Shown piece after piece: positions 7,666 through 16,323 of a stretch of DNA of 30,099 nt. Positions within the stretch are counted from its first letter, which is position 1. Each line of letters opens with the position of its first letter. The position numbers and the translations under genes were made by a program. Source of the stretch: Candidatus Latescibacterota bacterium (GTDB lineage Bacteria > Latescibacterota > UBA2968); NCBI GenBank assembly GCA_038279365.1, contig JAYODI010000044.1, positions 1-30,099 on the forward strand, read 5' to 3'. The notes beneath the pieces are model-generated. The model did no database searches and was not told the DNA's origin. It worked only from the letters and a program-made list of their open reading frames with translations.

Positions 7666-8829
7666 TTACATTGCTTCTTCATATAATGCAATCACATCTT
7701 GAATCGTCGTCTTTCTTGGGTTAACAGCCACATTGCCACTTTTCATAGTATCTTCAGCCATCACAGCAATCCCTTCGGCCTTGACACCCACTTCGCTCAA
7801 TGAAGATGGAATGCCCACATCACCACCCAAATTCTCAACAGCCTCAACCGCAAGCATCGCCGCATCCACATCACCCAAACCCGCAATGTCTTCCCCCATC
7901 GCCACCGCAATATCGGCAAACTTAGCAGGGCAAGCATATCGGTTAAAGTCCATCACACGCGTAAGCAAAATCGCATTGGCCACACCGTGTGGCACACCAT
8001 AATGCCCACTTACAGGGTGAGACATCGCGTGCACATTGCCCAAACGCGTTTGCGAAAACGCAAACCCAGCCATTGCACTGGCCACCAACATATTTTGCGT
8101 GGCCTCATGGTTGTGATCGCTGTATGCCGCCTGTCGCAAATTTTGAGCAATCAACCGAATCGCATGCAACGCCATCCCTTCAGACACAATATTTGAAGCC
8201 AAAGACACATAAGACTCAATGGCATGGGTCAACGCATCCATACCCGTGGCCGCCGCAATAGGTCGTGGCAGAGCAACCGCCATATCGGCATCCAAAATAC
8301 CAACGTCGGGAATAATATTTGTGCCAGCAACAGCAGCCTTATATTTATTTTCATCTGTAATCACTGCAAAAGGTGTCACTTCACTGGCCGTACCATATGT
8401 TGTCGCAATGCAAACTAAATACGGAATGCGTTTGGGAACAGGACCGCCCGTACCAATAAAATAATCTGAAATTTGCCCCCCATTGCTAATAAGCACACCC
8501 GCCGTTTTTGCCACATCCATGGAAGAACCACCTCCAATGGCAATGAGGTGATCACAACCTTCTTTTTGGTATTGTGCCGCACAATCAATTACATTTTGAA
8601 TGGGTGGATTGGGTGCCACATCCGAAAATATGCTATGTGCCACATTGGCCTCATCCAAAAAAGCCGAAACGCGCCCCACCAAACCCGCATCTACCAAACC
8701 TTTGTCGGTCACAATAAGCGCCTTCTTGGAGCCCGTATTAGAAAGCAACTCAATCAAATTTCGAATACTGCCTCGGCCCATCAACAAACGTGTAGGCCCA
8801 TAATAGCTAAATTGATCTTGAAAAGCCAA
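7666..8829 (-). CDS. Iron-containing alcohol dehydrogenase family protein
   Basis: IGGGSSMD, GTASEVT, GMDALTHAIESY, HAMSH and HG metal-ligand motifs. TTG start with SD GAAGGAG. Confidence 0.93.
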   Translation of the reverse strand: MAFQDQFSYYGPTRLLMGRGSIRNLIELLSNTGSKKALIVTDKGLVDAGLVGRVSAFLDEANVAHSIFSDVAPNPPIQNVIDCAAQYQKEGCDHLIAIGGGSSMDVAKTAGVLISNGGQISDYFIGTGGPVPKRIPYLVCIATTYGTASEVTPFAVITDENKYKAAVAGTNIIPDVGILDADMAVALPRPIAAATGMDALTHAIESYVSLASNIVSEGMALHAIRLIAQNLRQAAYSDHNHEATQNMLVASAMAGFAFSQTRLGNVHAMSHPVSGHYGVPHGVANAILLTRVMDFNRYACPAKFADIAVAMGEDIAGLGDVDAAMLAVEAVENLGGDVGIPSSLSEVGVKAEGIAVMAEDTMKSGNVAVNPRKTTIQDVIALYEEAM

Positions 8830-8875
8830 GAGACTTCTCCTTCAAAGAGTTACGAGAAATAAATCGAACAGATCC

Positions 8876-8904
8876 AAAATACGTCGCTCAAGAAACATTG
8901 TCAA
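8876..8904 (-). promoter_or_regulatory. Sigma70-type promoter for the Fe-ADH/LarA-like pair
   Basis: Minus strand TTGACA-17 bp-TATTTT. Confidence 0.55.
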
Positions 8905-8999
8905 GATAAGGAAATATGTGATAAAAAAACAATTGCACATTATCCATTCTACCCTTTCTTAAAAACGCCCCGTGAGCCCAAACCCTAATCTCAAATACC

Positions 9000-10691
9000 A
9001 TGATCCAAATTCAAAATATTTCTTACACCTACCCTGGGGGAACATCTCCCTCCCTCAACAACATCACCCTCAACATTCACGAGGGACAATTTGTTGTGCT
9101 CATGGGGGCCAATGGCTCAGGAAAATCCACACTCTTGCGTTGTCTCAACGGCCTCATACAACCCCATCAGGGTCACATTCACATTGATGACCTCTCCACG
9201 CAAACCCATCAACATATCTCCAATATTCGTCAAAAAGTAGGCTTGGTCTTCCAAAACCCCGACGATCAAATCATAGCCAGCACCGTAGAACGCGAGATCG
9301 CTTTCGGTCTGGAAAACCTCGGTATTCCCCGTGCAGAAATGCATCAACGTGTTGCACACATGATGCAACAATTTCATCTCACACCCTACCAAAAACAAGA
9401 CCCAAACCAACTCTCAGGTGGTGAACGTCAGCGCTTGGCTCTGGCATCGATCATTGTCATGGCACCCAAATATTTACTCCTCGATGAACCAACTTCTCTT
9501 CTTGACCCAGGTGCGCGCCAAGATATTTTGGCACATCTACACATACTGCATAAAGAAAAAAACATCACGCCCATCTTGGTCACACAAATCCCCTCAGAAG
9601 CCGCACAAGCAGATCGCATTATTGTTTTAAAAAATGGGCAAATTGCGCTCGATGGCCCACCTGCCGATATTTTTGCCCAAATAGACACACTCGCAGAATT
9701 AGACTTACAGCCCCCATTGGCCACACACATTGCGCACAGCATCCATTTGCCCAAACCCTATCCGCTCACCATTGAAGCGTTATCAAATCGCCTACAAACA
9801 CTTCCGCCCATAACAGAGAACATCCCCAAATCCCCTCCCATAAAAAAACAAAACACGCCGATCATTTCAGCACGCGCCCTGTCTCACATATACGATCACA
9901 AAATGCCCAATCAAATTGTGGCACTTACCCACTTAAACATAGACATCTACCAAGGCGAAACAGCCGTTTTCATTGGCCCAAGTGGTTCAGGAAAATCTAC
10001 ATTTATCCAACACCTCAATGGCCTGCTCAAACCCACATCTGGCAGCCTTACTGTTTGCGACATCAACACCAGCACACATAAGAACCTGACAGACCTGCGC
10101 AAACGCGTTGGGCTTATCTTTCAATTTCCCGAAGCCCAACTCTTTGCCGAAACGGTTTTTGACGACATCGCATTTGGCCCACAAAACCTTCGCCTTTTAG
10201 ATATTCCTGCCCGTGTTTACAATGCACTTCAAATGGTTGGCCTTGATCCTGAGGCCTTCATCAAAAGAGATCCCCTCCGTCTTAGTGGTGGTGAAAAAAG
10301 GCGCATTGCTATTGCTGGCATATTGGCCATGCAACCCGAACTCATCATATTTGACGAACCCACCGCAGGGCTAGACCCCATAGGTGCCCAACGCATAGAA
10401 GCACTCATCTTGGCCCAAAAAGCCGAAAACCGTACCACCATCACCATCACACATGATCTTGACTTGGCCGCACGCATCGCAGATCGCATCTATCTCTTTC
10501 AAAAGGGGCAAATGGTGCAACAGGGTGCACCCGCAGACATGCTCACCTCTCAAACCTTAAACCCATTGGGGCTCCACCCACCAGAAATTGTGCACCTAAA
10601 AGAAACACTGATTCAAAAAAATTGGCCTATTCCACACACCTGCATCACCCCAGTTGCTCTTATTCACATTTTAAACGGAAACTCCCCTTGA
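9000..10691 (+). CDS. ecfA: Energy-coupling factor transporter ATPase with two fused NBDs (EcfA-EcfA' type)
   Basis: Two Walker A motifs (GANGSGKST, GPSGSGKST) and two LSGGE signatures. ECF-type Q-helix regions VFQNPDDQ...VEREIAFGLEN and IFQFPEAQLFAETVFDDIAFGPQN. Confidence 0.88.
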   Translation: MIQIQNISYTYPGGTSPSLNNITLNIHEGQFVVLMGANGSGKSTLLRCLNGLIQPHQGHIHIDDLSTQTHQHISNIRQKVGLVFQNPDDQIIASTVEREIAFGLENLGIPRAEMHQRVAHMMQQFHLTPYQKQDPNQLSGGERQRLALASIIVMAPKYLLLDEPTSLLDPGARQDILAHLHILHKEKNITPILVTQIPSEAAQADRIIVLKNGQIALDGPPADIFAQIDTLAELDLQPPLATHIAHSIHLPKPYPLTIEALSNRLQTLPPITENIPKSPPIKKQNTPIISARALSHIYDHKMPNQIVALTHLNIDIYQGETAVFIGPSGSGKSTFIQHLNGLLKPTSGSLTVCDINTSTHKNLTDLRKRVGLIFQFPEAQLFAETVFDDIAFGPQNLRLLDIPARVYNALQMVGLDPEAFIKRDPLRLSGGEKRRIAIAGILAMQPELIIFDEPTAGLDPIGAQRIEALILAQKAENRTTITITHDLDLAARIADRIYLFQKGQMVQQGAPADMLTSQTLNPLGLHPPEIVHLKETLIQKNWPIPHTCITPVALIHILNGNSP

Positions 10692-10716
10692 CAGAAACGG
10701 TTTCTGCCAATACTTT
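10688..10716 (+). promoter_or_regulatory. Sigma70-type promoter of pyrC with an overlapping palindrome
   Basis: TTGACA-17 bp-TACTTT; 10688-10710 is an 11-bp-arm inverted repeat with one mismatch. Confidence 0.6.
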
Positions 10717-10762
10717 TTCACCGATTTGCCTACCATTTTTCTTTTATACAAACGGGAACCAC

Positions 10763-12037
10763 ATGCCCAATATTCTGCTCAAAAATGGCCGCATCATCGA
10801 CCCTGCCAACAACCGCGACGAAATTTCCGATATCCTCATCCAAAACAATCGCATTGCCCAAATAGCGCACAACATCCCACCCACTGACGCACAAGTGATC
10901 GATGTTACAGGCAAACTGGTCACACCCGGCCTGATAGATATGCACGTACATTTACGTGATCCAGGATTTCCCGAAAAAGAAACCATCCAAACAGGGTGTG
11001 AATCGGCCGCCGCGGGTGGTTTTACTGCCGTTGCGTGTTTGCCCAACACCAACCCCACCATGGACAGCCCTGAAATTGTCCAATACATTCTCGACCAAGC
11101 CAAATCGGCAGATGCACGCATCTATCCCATCGCTTGTGCCACAGAAAAAATGCAAGGGCAAAAGCTCACTGATACAGATGCCTTACTCAAAGCCGGCGCC
11201 ATTGGTTTTTCAGACGATGGGTTGCCCATTGAATCCGAAGCCCTCATGCGCACCTTGCTCGAACGTGCCGCGTCCAATGGATTTGCCGTCTACCCGCACA
11301 GTGAAGTTTTTGAACTCACCAGAGGGGGGCACATGCACGAAGGCAAAGTCTCCAAAGAATTGGGCATCAAAGGCATGCCGGCAGAAGGCGAAGCGGCCAT
11401 GAACGAACGCGATATTGAACTTGTGCGCCAAACGGGAGGGCGGTTGCACATTCTGCACCTAAGTGTCAAACGCGCCGTAGACTTGGTACGCAAAGCCAAA
11501 CAAGAGGGTTTGCCCGTTACCGCAGAAGCAAGCCCACATCACATCGCCCTCACCGATGAAGATGTGCGCATTTATGGCACCGCAGGCAAAATGAGCCCAC
11601 CGCTTCGTGCCAAAGAAGATCAAGATGCCGTCATTGCAGGTTTACAAGATGGCACCATAGATGCCTTGGCCACAGATCATGCCCCCCATACCAACCAAGA
11701 AAAATTGCGCGCATTTACAGAAGCCCCAAATGGTATATTGGGGTTTGAAACGGCTGTGGGAATATTGTTTACCAAATTGGTACACACCCACATCCTCTCG
11801 CTCAACGACACCATTGCCAAACTCAGCATCGAACCTGCACGTATATTGGGCATAGAGGGTGGCACCCTCTCCATTGGCAAAATGGCAGACATCACCGTCA
11901 TTGACCCCAATCAAGAATGGATTGTCGATGCCAATCAATTCAAATCCAAATCGCGCAACACGCCCTTTCACGGTTGGACGCTTAAAGGCCGCGCCATACT
12001 CACCATGCTTGGCGGGCGCATCACACACCAAATTTAA
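10763..12037 (+). CDS. pyrC: Dihydroorotase (type I, long form)
   Basis: PGLIDMHVHLRDPG, AAAGGFT, FSDDG, KMSPPLR, ATDHAPH and SKSRNTPF motifs. Start moved to ATG 10763 (MPNILLKNG), downstream of the promoter. Adjacent to carA. Confidence 0.93.
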   Translation: MPNILLKNGRIIDPANNRDEISDILIQNNRIAQIAHNIPPTDAQVIDVTGKLVTPGLIDMHVHLRDPGFPEKETIQTGCESAAAGGFTAVACLPNTNPTMDSPEIVQYILDQAKSADARIYPIACATEKMQGQKLTDTDALLKAGAIGFSDDGLPIESEALMRTLLERAASNGFAVYPHSEVFELTRGGHMHEGKVSKELGIKGMPAEGEAAMNERDIELVRQTGGRLHILHLSVKRAVDLVRKAKQEGLPVTAEASPHHIALTDEDVRIYGTAGKMSPPLRAKEDQDAVIAGLQDGTIDALATDHAPHTNQEKLRAFTEAPNGILGFETAVGILFTKLVHTHILSLNDTIAKLSIEPARILGIEGGTLSIGKMADITVIDPNQEWIVDANQFKSKSRNTPFHGWTLKGRAILTMLGGRITHQI

Positions 12038-12043
12038 CAGGTA

Positions 12044-12118
12044 GGCAAACGACAAAAAGAACAGCGAAAATTCTACAGTATCGCAACCATTTCACGTTTG
12101 CCATTTGCCATTTCACTG
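12044..12118. repeat. Degenerate 7-nt tandem repeats, in both orientations
   Basis: GGCAAAC GACAAAA (12044-12057) and ATTTCAC GTTTGCC ATTTGCC ATTTCAC (12089-12116). Confidence 0.7.
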
Positions 12119-12145
12119 ATTTTTTGCAGTTCCAAAGGAGTTTGA

Positions 12146-13267
12146 ATGAAAGCCATACTCGCACTCGAAGACGGCACCCTCTTTGAAGGCACATCATTTG
12201 GCGCAAACGGTGAAAGTCTGGGAGAAGTTGTTTTTAATACCAGCATCACCGGATATCAAGAAATTTTGACCGATCCCAGTTACAACAGCCAAATCGTTAC
12301 CATGACGTATCCCCTTATTGGTAACTATGGCATCAACATCGACGATTTTGAGTCGAACAAACCCCAAGTAGCTGGTTTTGTGGTGAAAGAATATTGCCAT
12401 TACCCCAGCAACTGGCGCTCAAACCAATCTTTGGGTGATTTTCTTAAAGCGCACAACATTGTCGGCATTTCAGGCATTGACACACGTGCTGTGGTACGAC
12501 ACACACGCGAAAAAGGCGCCATGAAAGGTGTCTTATCCACCACCGATTTAGACCCAGACAGCCTCATCCAAAAAGCCCGCGATTATGAGGGGCTTGTCGG
12601 ACGCGACCTGGTCCAAGGGGTCACATGCAAAGAACCTTATCATTGGACAGAAGGTTTGCACGACTTAGATAAAAACGAAAAAACCTATCTCAAGGGCCAA
12701 GCCAAATACAAAATTGCGGCCTACGATTTTGGCATCAAACAAAATATTTTGCGTTACTTGGTCGATCGCGGTTGTGATGTCACGGTCTTTCCTGCCGATG
12801 CCCCCGCAGAACAGTTGCTCGCCATAGATCCCGATGGCATCTTTTTGTCCAACGGCCCTGGCGACCCAGAACCCATCACATATGCCATTCAAAACATTCA
12901 AAAACTTTCTACAGAGCGCCCCATGTTTGGCATTTGTTTGGGGCACCAACTGATGAGCCTTGCATTGGGTGGGTCTACGTACAAACTCAAATTTGGTCAC
13001 CGAGGTGCCAACCAACCCGTGCAACAAACCCGCACAGGCAAAGTGGAAATCACATCGCAAAATCACGGGTTTGCTGTAGATACCCACTCACTCGATACAG
13101 AAAAAATTGAGATCACACACATCAACCTCAACGACAACACGCTTGAGGGTTTGAAACATCGCGAACTGCCCCTATTTTGTGTGCAGTATCACCCAGAGGC
13201 TTCAGCAGGCCCCCACGATGCCGAATATCTTTTTGATGAATTTTCAAAATTGATGGATCAAAAATAA
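12146..13267 (+). CDS. carA: Carbamoyl-phosphate synthase small (glutaminase) subunit
   Basis: [35 protein letters not shown], catalytic GICLGHQ, SQNHGF and QYHPE motifs. Confidence 0.97.
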   Translation: MKAILALEDGTLFEGTSFGANGESLGEVVFNTSITGYQEILTDPSYNSQIVTMTYPLIGNYGINIDDFESNKPQVAGFVVKEYCHYPSNWRSNQSLGDFLKAHNIVGISGIDTRAVVRHTREKGAMKGVLSTTDLDPDSLIQKARDYEGLVGRDLVQGVTCKEPYHWTEGLHDLDKNEKTYLKGQAKYKIAAYDFGIKQNILRYLVDRGCDVTVFPADAPAEQLLAIDPDGIFLSNGPGDPEPITYAIQNIQKLSTERPMFGICLGHQLMSLALGGSTYKLKFGHRGANQPVQQTRTGKVEITSQNHGFAVDTHSLDTEKIEITHINLNDNTLEGLKHRELPLFCVQYHPEASAGPHDAEYLFDEFSKLMDQK

Positions 13268-13287
13268 GGCTTCCGTTACACCCTTTT

Positions 13288-13334
13288 AAAAGGCGCATGA
13301 TCTTTCTTAATTAAGAAGACCATGCGCCTTTTTT
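13288..13334 (+). terminator. Intrinsic terminator after carA
   Basis: AAAAGGCGCATG...CATGCGCC followed by TTTTTT. Confidence 0.85.
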
Positions 13335-13386
13335 GTGCGCATTTGGAACGCATCTTTTATATGATGCGTCTAAAAAGACACAGACC

Positions 13387-13415
13387 TTGACATATTTTCT
13401 GAATTAATGTATTCT
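13387..13415 (+). promoter_or_regulatory. Sigma70-type promoter
   Basis: TTGACA-17 bp-TATTCT, upstream of SD AAGGAG at 13441. Confidence 0.65.
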
Positions 13416-13453
13416 ATCGTTGAAGTAAGCATCCGTTGCAAAGGAGAAATACA

Positions 13454-13912
13454 ATGCGTCAAAGAAGTATTTGGGCATTCATAATCATCGCATTTTTGGC
13501 CACCCAAGCCAGTGCCGAGTTGGGTTTAAAACCCAGTCAAAAATCGGGTTTCCAAATTCCTCTAACTGAGAATTTGCAAAAAACAGACAGTTTGCTCGAC
13601 TTAAGCAGGCTCTCATTTAACCATACCTTGGGCATGACATACAGTTCTTCTCAAGGAGGGGGACTCAGTCAGTATTATCTCAATGAGATGACCTATCAAA
13701 TATCCAAACCCCTCGTGATCAAAGCTCAAATTGGTGTGGCCAACAATCTCTCTTCGGCCACCAAATATGGGTCTGCAAGTGGTGTGCAAGTCATTGTACC
13801 CAATGTCAGCATCTTGTATCAACCCAAACCCAATTTGCGCATTGAATTTGGGTTCAGCAACATGCCCAACTACTATGGGCGTCCCAGTTATGGCCCTTAC
13901 GCGCCTTACTAA
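13454..13912 (+). CDS. Exported hypothetical protein
   Basis: SD AAGGAG then ATG 13454. Sec signal peptide MRQRSIWAFIIIAFLATQASA; alternating beta-strand-like segments. Confidence 0.75.
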   Translation: MRQRSIWAFIIIAFLATQASAELGLKPSQKSGFQIPLTENLQKTDSLLDLSRLSFNHTLGMTYSSSQGGGLSQYYLNEMTYQISKPLVIKAQIGVANNLSSATKYGSASGVQVIVPNVSILYQPKPNLRIEFGFSNMPNYYGRPSYGPYAPY

Positions 13913-13926
13913 ACATGTCAACACCA

Positions 13927-13969
13927 CAAAAAACGGGACATCATATGTACGCTGATGTCCCGTTTTTTG
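13927..13969 (+). terminator. Intrinsic terminator
   Basis: CAAAAAACGGGACATCA-loop-TGATGTCCCGTTTTTTG. Confidence 0.85.
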
Positions 13970-13997
13970 TTTTTGAGTGTTCGAAACCTAAAAACTT

Positions 13998-14414
13998 ATG
14001 AAACGATGGATTTGGATTGTCGGAGTTTGTCTTGTTGCCCTCTTCCTGTTTGGAATCAGCACACGTTGGCAACAAAAAGAAGAAGCAATAACCCAAACGC
14101 CCAAAACCTTTCAAAACATTCGCATCGAAATTCTCAACGGCTGTGGCAAAGATGGCATAGCAACACAGTTGGGTACCAAATTGCGTGAACAAGGTTTTGA
14201 TGTGATGACCTTAAGCAATGCCGAAAGTTTTGCTTTTGCACAAACACTGGTCATAGATCGGGTGGGCAAACTTCACTATGCCGAGCAAGTGGCCAAACTG
14301 TTAGGCACCCAAAACCTCATTCAGCAAATTACACCCGACCCATTTCGGTTAGAAGAAGTCACCATTATTGTTGGACGAGATTATGCCCATTTACCCATAC
14401 TAAAAAGGCAGTGA
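13998..14414 (+). CDS. LytR C-terminal domain protein with N-terminal membrane anchor
   Basis: TM helix followed by IEILNGCGKDGIA...L...GF...NA and a terminal VTIIVGRDY, characteristic of LytR_C. Confidence 0.82.
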   Translation: MKRWIWIVGVCLVALFLFGISTRWQQKEEAITQTPKTFQNIRIEILNGCGKDGIATQLGTKLREQGFDVMTLSNAESFAFAQTLVIDRVGKLHYAEQVAKLLGTQNLIQQITPDPFRLEEVTIIVGRDYAHLPILKRQ

Positions 14415-14481
14415 GAAGAGACAATAAAACAGATACACCCATCTTTTCTTTATTTTGCTCAATCATTTTAAGGAGTTCGTT

Positions 14482-14862
14482 TTGTCTGACCAAATTGAAA
14501 TCATACGCCAAAAATGCATCGAACACCTCCAATCACGCAAGGCCGAAGACCTTGCAGTTATCGATTTGCGAGGCATTGCAGATTTTTCTGACTACTTCAT
14601 AGTCTGCACAGGTACGGCCGATACGCAAGTGCGCGCATTGGCCGATGCGGTCATTGCTGGTCTCAAAGCAGAAGGGCATCGGCCTTGGCAAATAGAAGGC
14701 TACGACACGCGCAAATGGGTACTCATCGACTTTGTGGATGTGGTTGTACACATCTTCCAGCCCGAACCTCGTAAATTTTATGGCTTAGAACGGCTATGGG
14801 GCGATGCACCCATTGAATATATTGAAGATGAAGGCACAACCATAGAAATGCAAAATCAGTAA
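14482..14862 (+). CDS. rsfS: Ribosome silencing factor RsfS (Iojap)
   Basis: KAEDLAVIDL, DYFIVCTG, WVLIDFVDVVVHIF and RKFYGLERLWGDA motifs. TTG start at 14482 follows SD AAGGAG (14470-14475). Confidence 0.95.
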   Translation: MSDQIEIIRQKCIEHLQSRKAEDLAVIDLRGIADFSDYFIVCTGTADTQVRALADAVIAGLKAEGHRPWQIEGYDTRKWVLIDFVDVVVHIFQPEPRKFYGLERLWGDAPIEYIEDEGTTIEMQNQ

Positions 14863-14891
14863 CCGACCACTTTTCCTATGATGGAGCACGT

Positions 14892-15932
14892 ATGCCTGTA
14901 CCAACAATTTTGTGGGAAAACAATGCGCTTCGGCTCATTGATCAAACCCGATTGCCAGAAGAATACATCCAAATAGATTGCAAAGACATTCCCACCGTTG
15001 CAGAAGCCATCAAAAGCCTACGTGTAAGAGGTGCACCTGCCATTGGTGTTTCAGCTGCCTATGGCGTTGTCATTGCAGCCCAAGAAGCCATTGCAAGCAA
15101 CAAAGATTTTGATACCCACGTCAAAAACAGCATCCAAACACTTGCCCAAACACGCCCCACAGCCGTCAATTTGTTTTGGGCACTCGAAATTATGGAAAAA
15201 GTGCTCAACAGCACACAAGGCAAAACACCCCAGGAAAGACGCAACATACTCTTAGACAAGGCCAACGAAATCTTTGAAGAAGACAAACGCGTCTGCCGAA
15301 AAATTGGCACCCATGGGGCCACATTGCTCAATCAGAAAGCAACCATCTTAACCCATTGCAATGCCGGTGGATTGGCAACAGCAGATTACGGCACTGCACT
15401 GGCAGTCGTTTATGCTGCTGTAGAAGCGGGTAAAAATGTGGCCGTATATGCCGATGAAACACGTCCTCTGCTTCAAGGTTCACGCCTCACAGCCTGGGAA
15501 CTGCACCAAAGCGGCGTGGATGTTACCGTTATTTGTGACAACATGGCCGCCACAGTGCTGCGCCAAAAAAATATCGATTGCATTGTTGTCGGGTCCGATC
15601 GGATCGCCGCAAATGGCGATGTGGCCAACAAAATTGGCACATATGGGTTGGCCATCTTGGCACGCGAACACCAGGTACCATTTTATGTGGCCGCCCCCTT
15701 ATCCACCATTGACATGAGCTTAAGCAATGGCGATGCCATTCCCATTGAAGAACGCAACCCCGAAGAAGTCAGCCATGGTATGGGGCGTCAAACGGCGCCC
15801 AAAGGGGTAAAAGTATATAACCCAGCCTTTGATGTTACTCCAAACCATTTGGTCTCGGCCATCATCACAGAACAAGGTGTTGCCAAAGGAAACTATCAAG
15901 AGACTTTTAAAACTTGGTTTTCAAACCCATAA
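14892..15932 (+). CDS. mtnA: S-methyl-5-thioribose-1-phosphate isomerase
   Basis: IDQTRLP, VRGAPAIG, TRPTAVNL, THCNAGGLAT, DETRPLLQGSRLTAWEL, ANKIGTY and NPAFDVTP motifs. Confidence 0.96.
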   Translation: MPVPTILWENNALRLIDQTRLPEEYIQIDCKDIPTVAEAIKSLRVRGAPAIGVSAAYGVVIAAQEAIASNKDFDTHVKNSIQTLAQTRPTAVNLFWALEIMEKVLNSTQGKTPQERRNILLDKANEIFEEDKRVCRKIGTHGATLLNQKATILTHCNAGGLATADYGTALAVVYAAVEAGKNVAVYADETRPLLQGSRLTAWELHQSGVDVTVICDNMAATVLRQKNIDCIVVGSDRIAANGDVANKIGTYGLAILAREHQVPFYVAAPLSTIDMSLSNGDAIPIEERNPEEVSHGMGRQTAPKGVKVYNPAFDVTPNHLVSAIITEQGVAKGNYQETFKTWFSNP

Positions 15933-15990
15933 AGAGGGGTTTTGCCCCAAAATGAACCCAAAAGGCTGTTTTGGTTCTGATATGCCCGTC

Positions 15991-16042
15991 AAATACAAAA
16001 GCGCGTTGTTATCATAAAAGATAGCAACGCGCTTTTGTATTT
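15991..16042 (+). terminator. Long hairpin / intrinsic terminator after mtnA
   Basis: AAATACAAAAGCGCGTTGTTATC-ATAAAA-GATAGCAACGCGCTTTTGTATTT, with one U.G pair on the + strand. Confidence 0.8.
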
Positions 16043-16228
16043 GGCCTCATATTGTTTAAAATCCAATACTTGTACCTCAACAAAAAAATAATATCAAAAA
16101 AACGAAGAATTTTCTTTTTTCTTTTCAAAAACAGACAGAGTTTGTTATTTTACAATATCTTATGCCTACACGCTTTTACTTAGAATGTATGTAAACTCCT
16201 GATTTATCATAGACATGCCGATATTCGG

Positions 16229-16257
16229 TTGACAAACACATGGGAGTAGCTTAAAAT
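16229..16257 (+). promoter_or_regulatory. Sigma70-type promoter of the SPOR-mltD-mreD-mrdA-rodA unit
   Basis: TTGACA-17 bp-TAAAAT. Confidence 0.72.
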
Positions 16258-16323
16258 ATGCTTTACCTAAGATGTGTATTTGCAAGGGTTTTGGCCAATT
16301 TCAAACAAAAGACAGCTTCTTTT

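Noticed and set aside
10622-10762. N-terminal extension of PyrC in the ORF track
   Set aside because: Overlaps the ECF ATPase and the pyrC promoter; family-like sequence begins at ATG 10763.
16258-16323. N-terminal extension of the SPOR protein
   Set aside because: The ATG lies directly against the -10 box; the lipoprotein signal fits ATG 16324.
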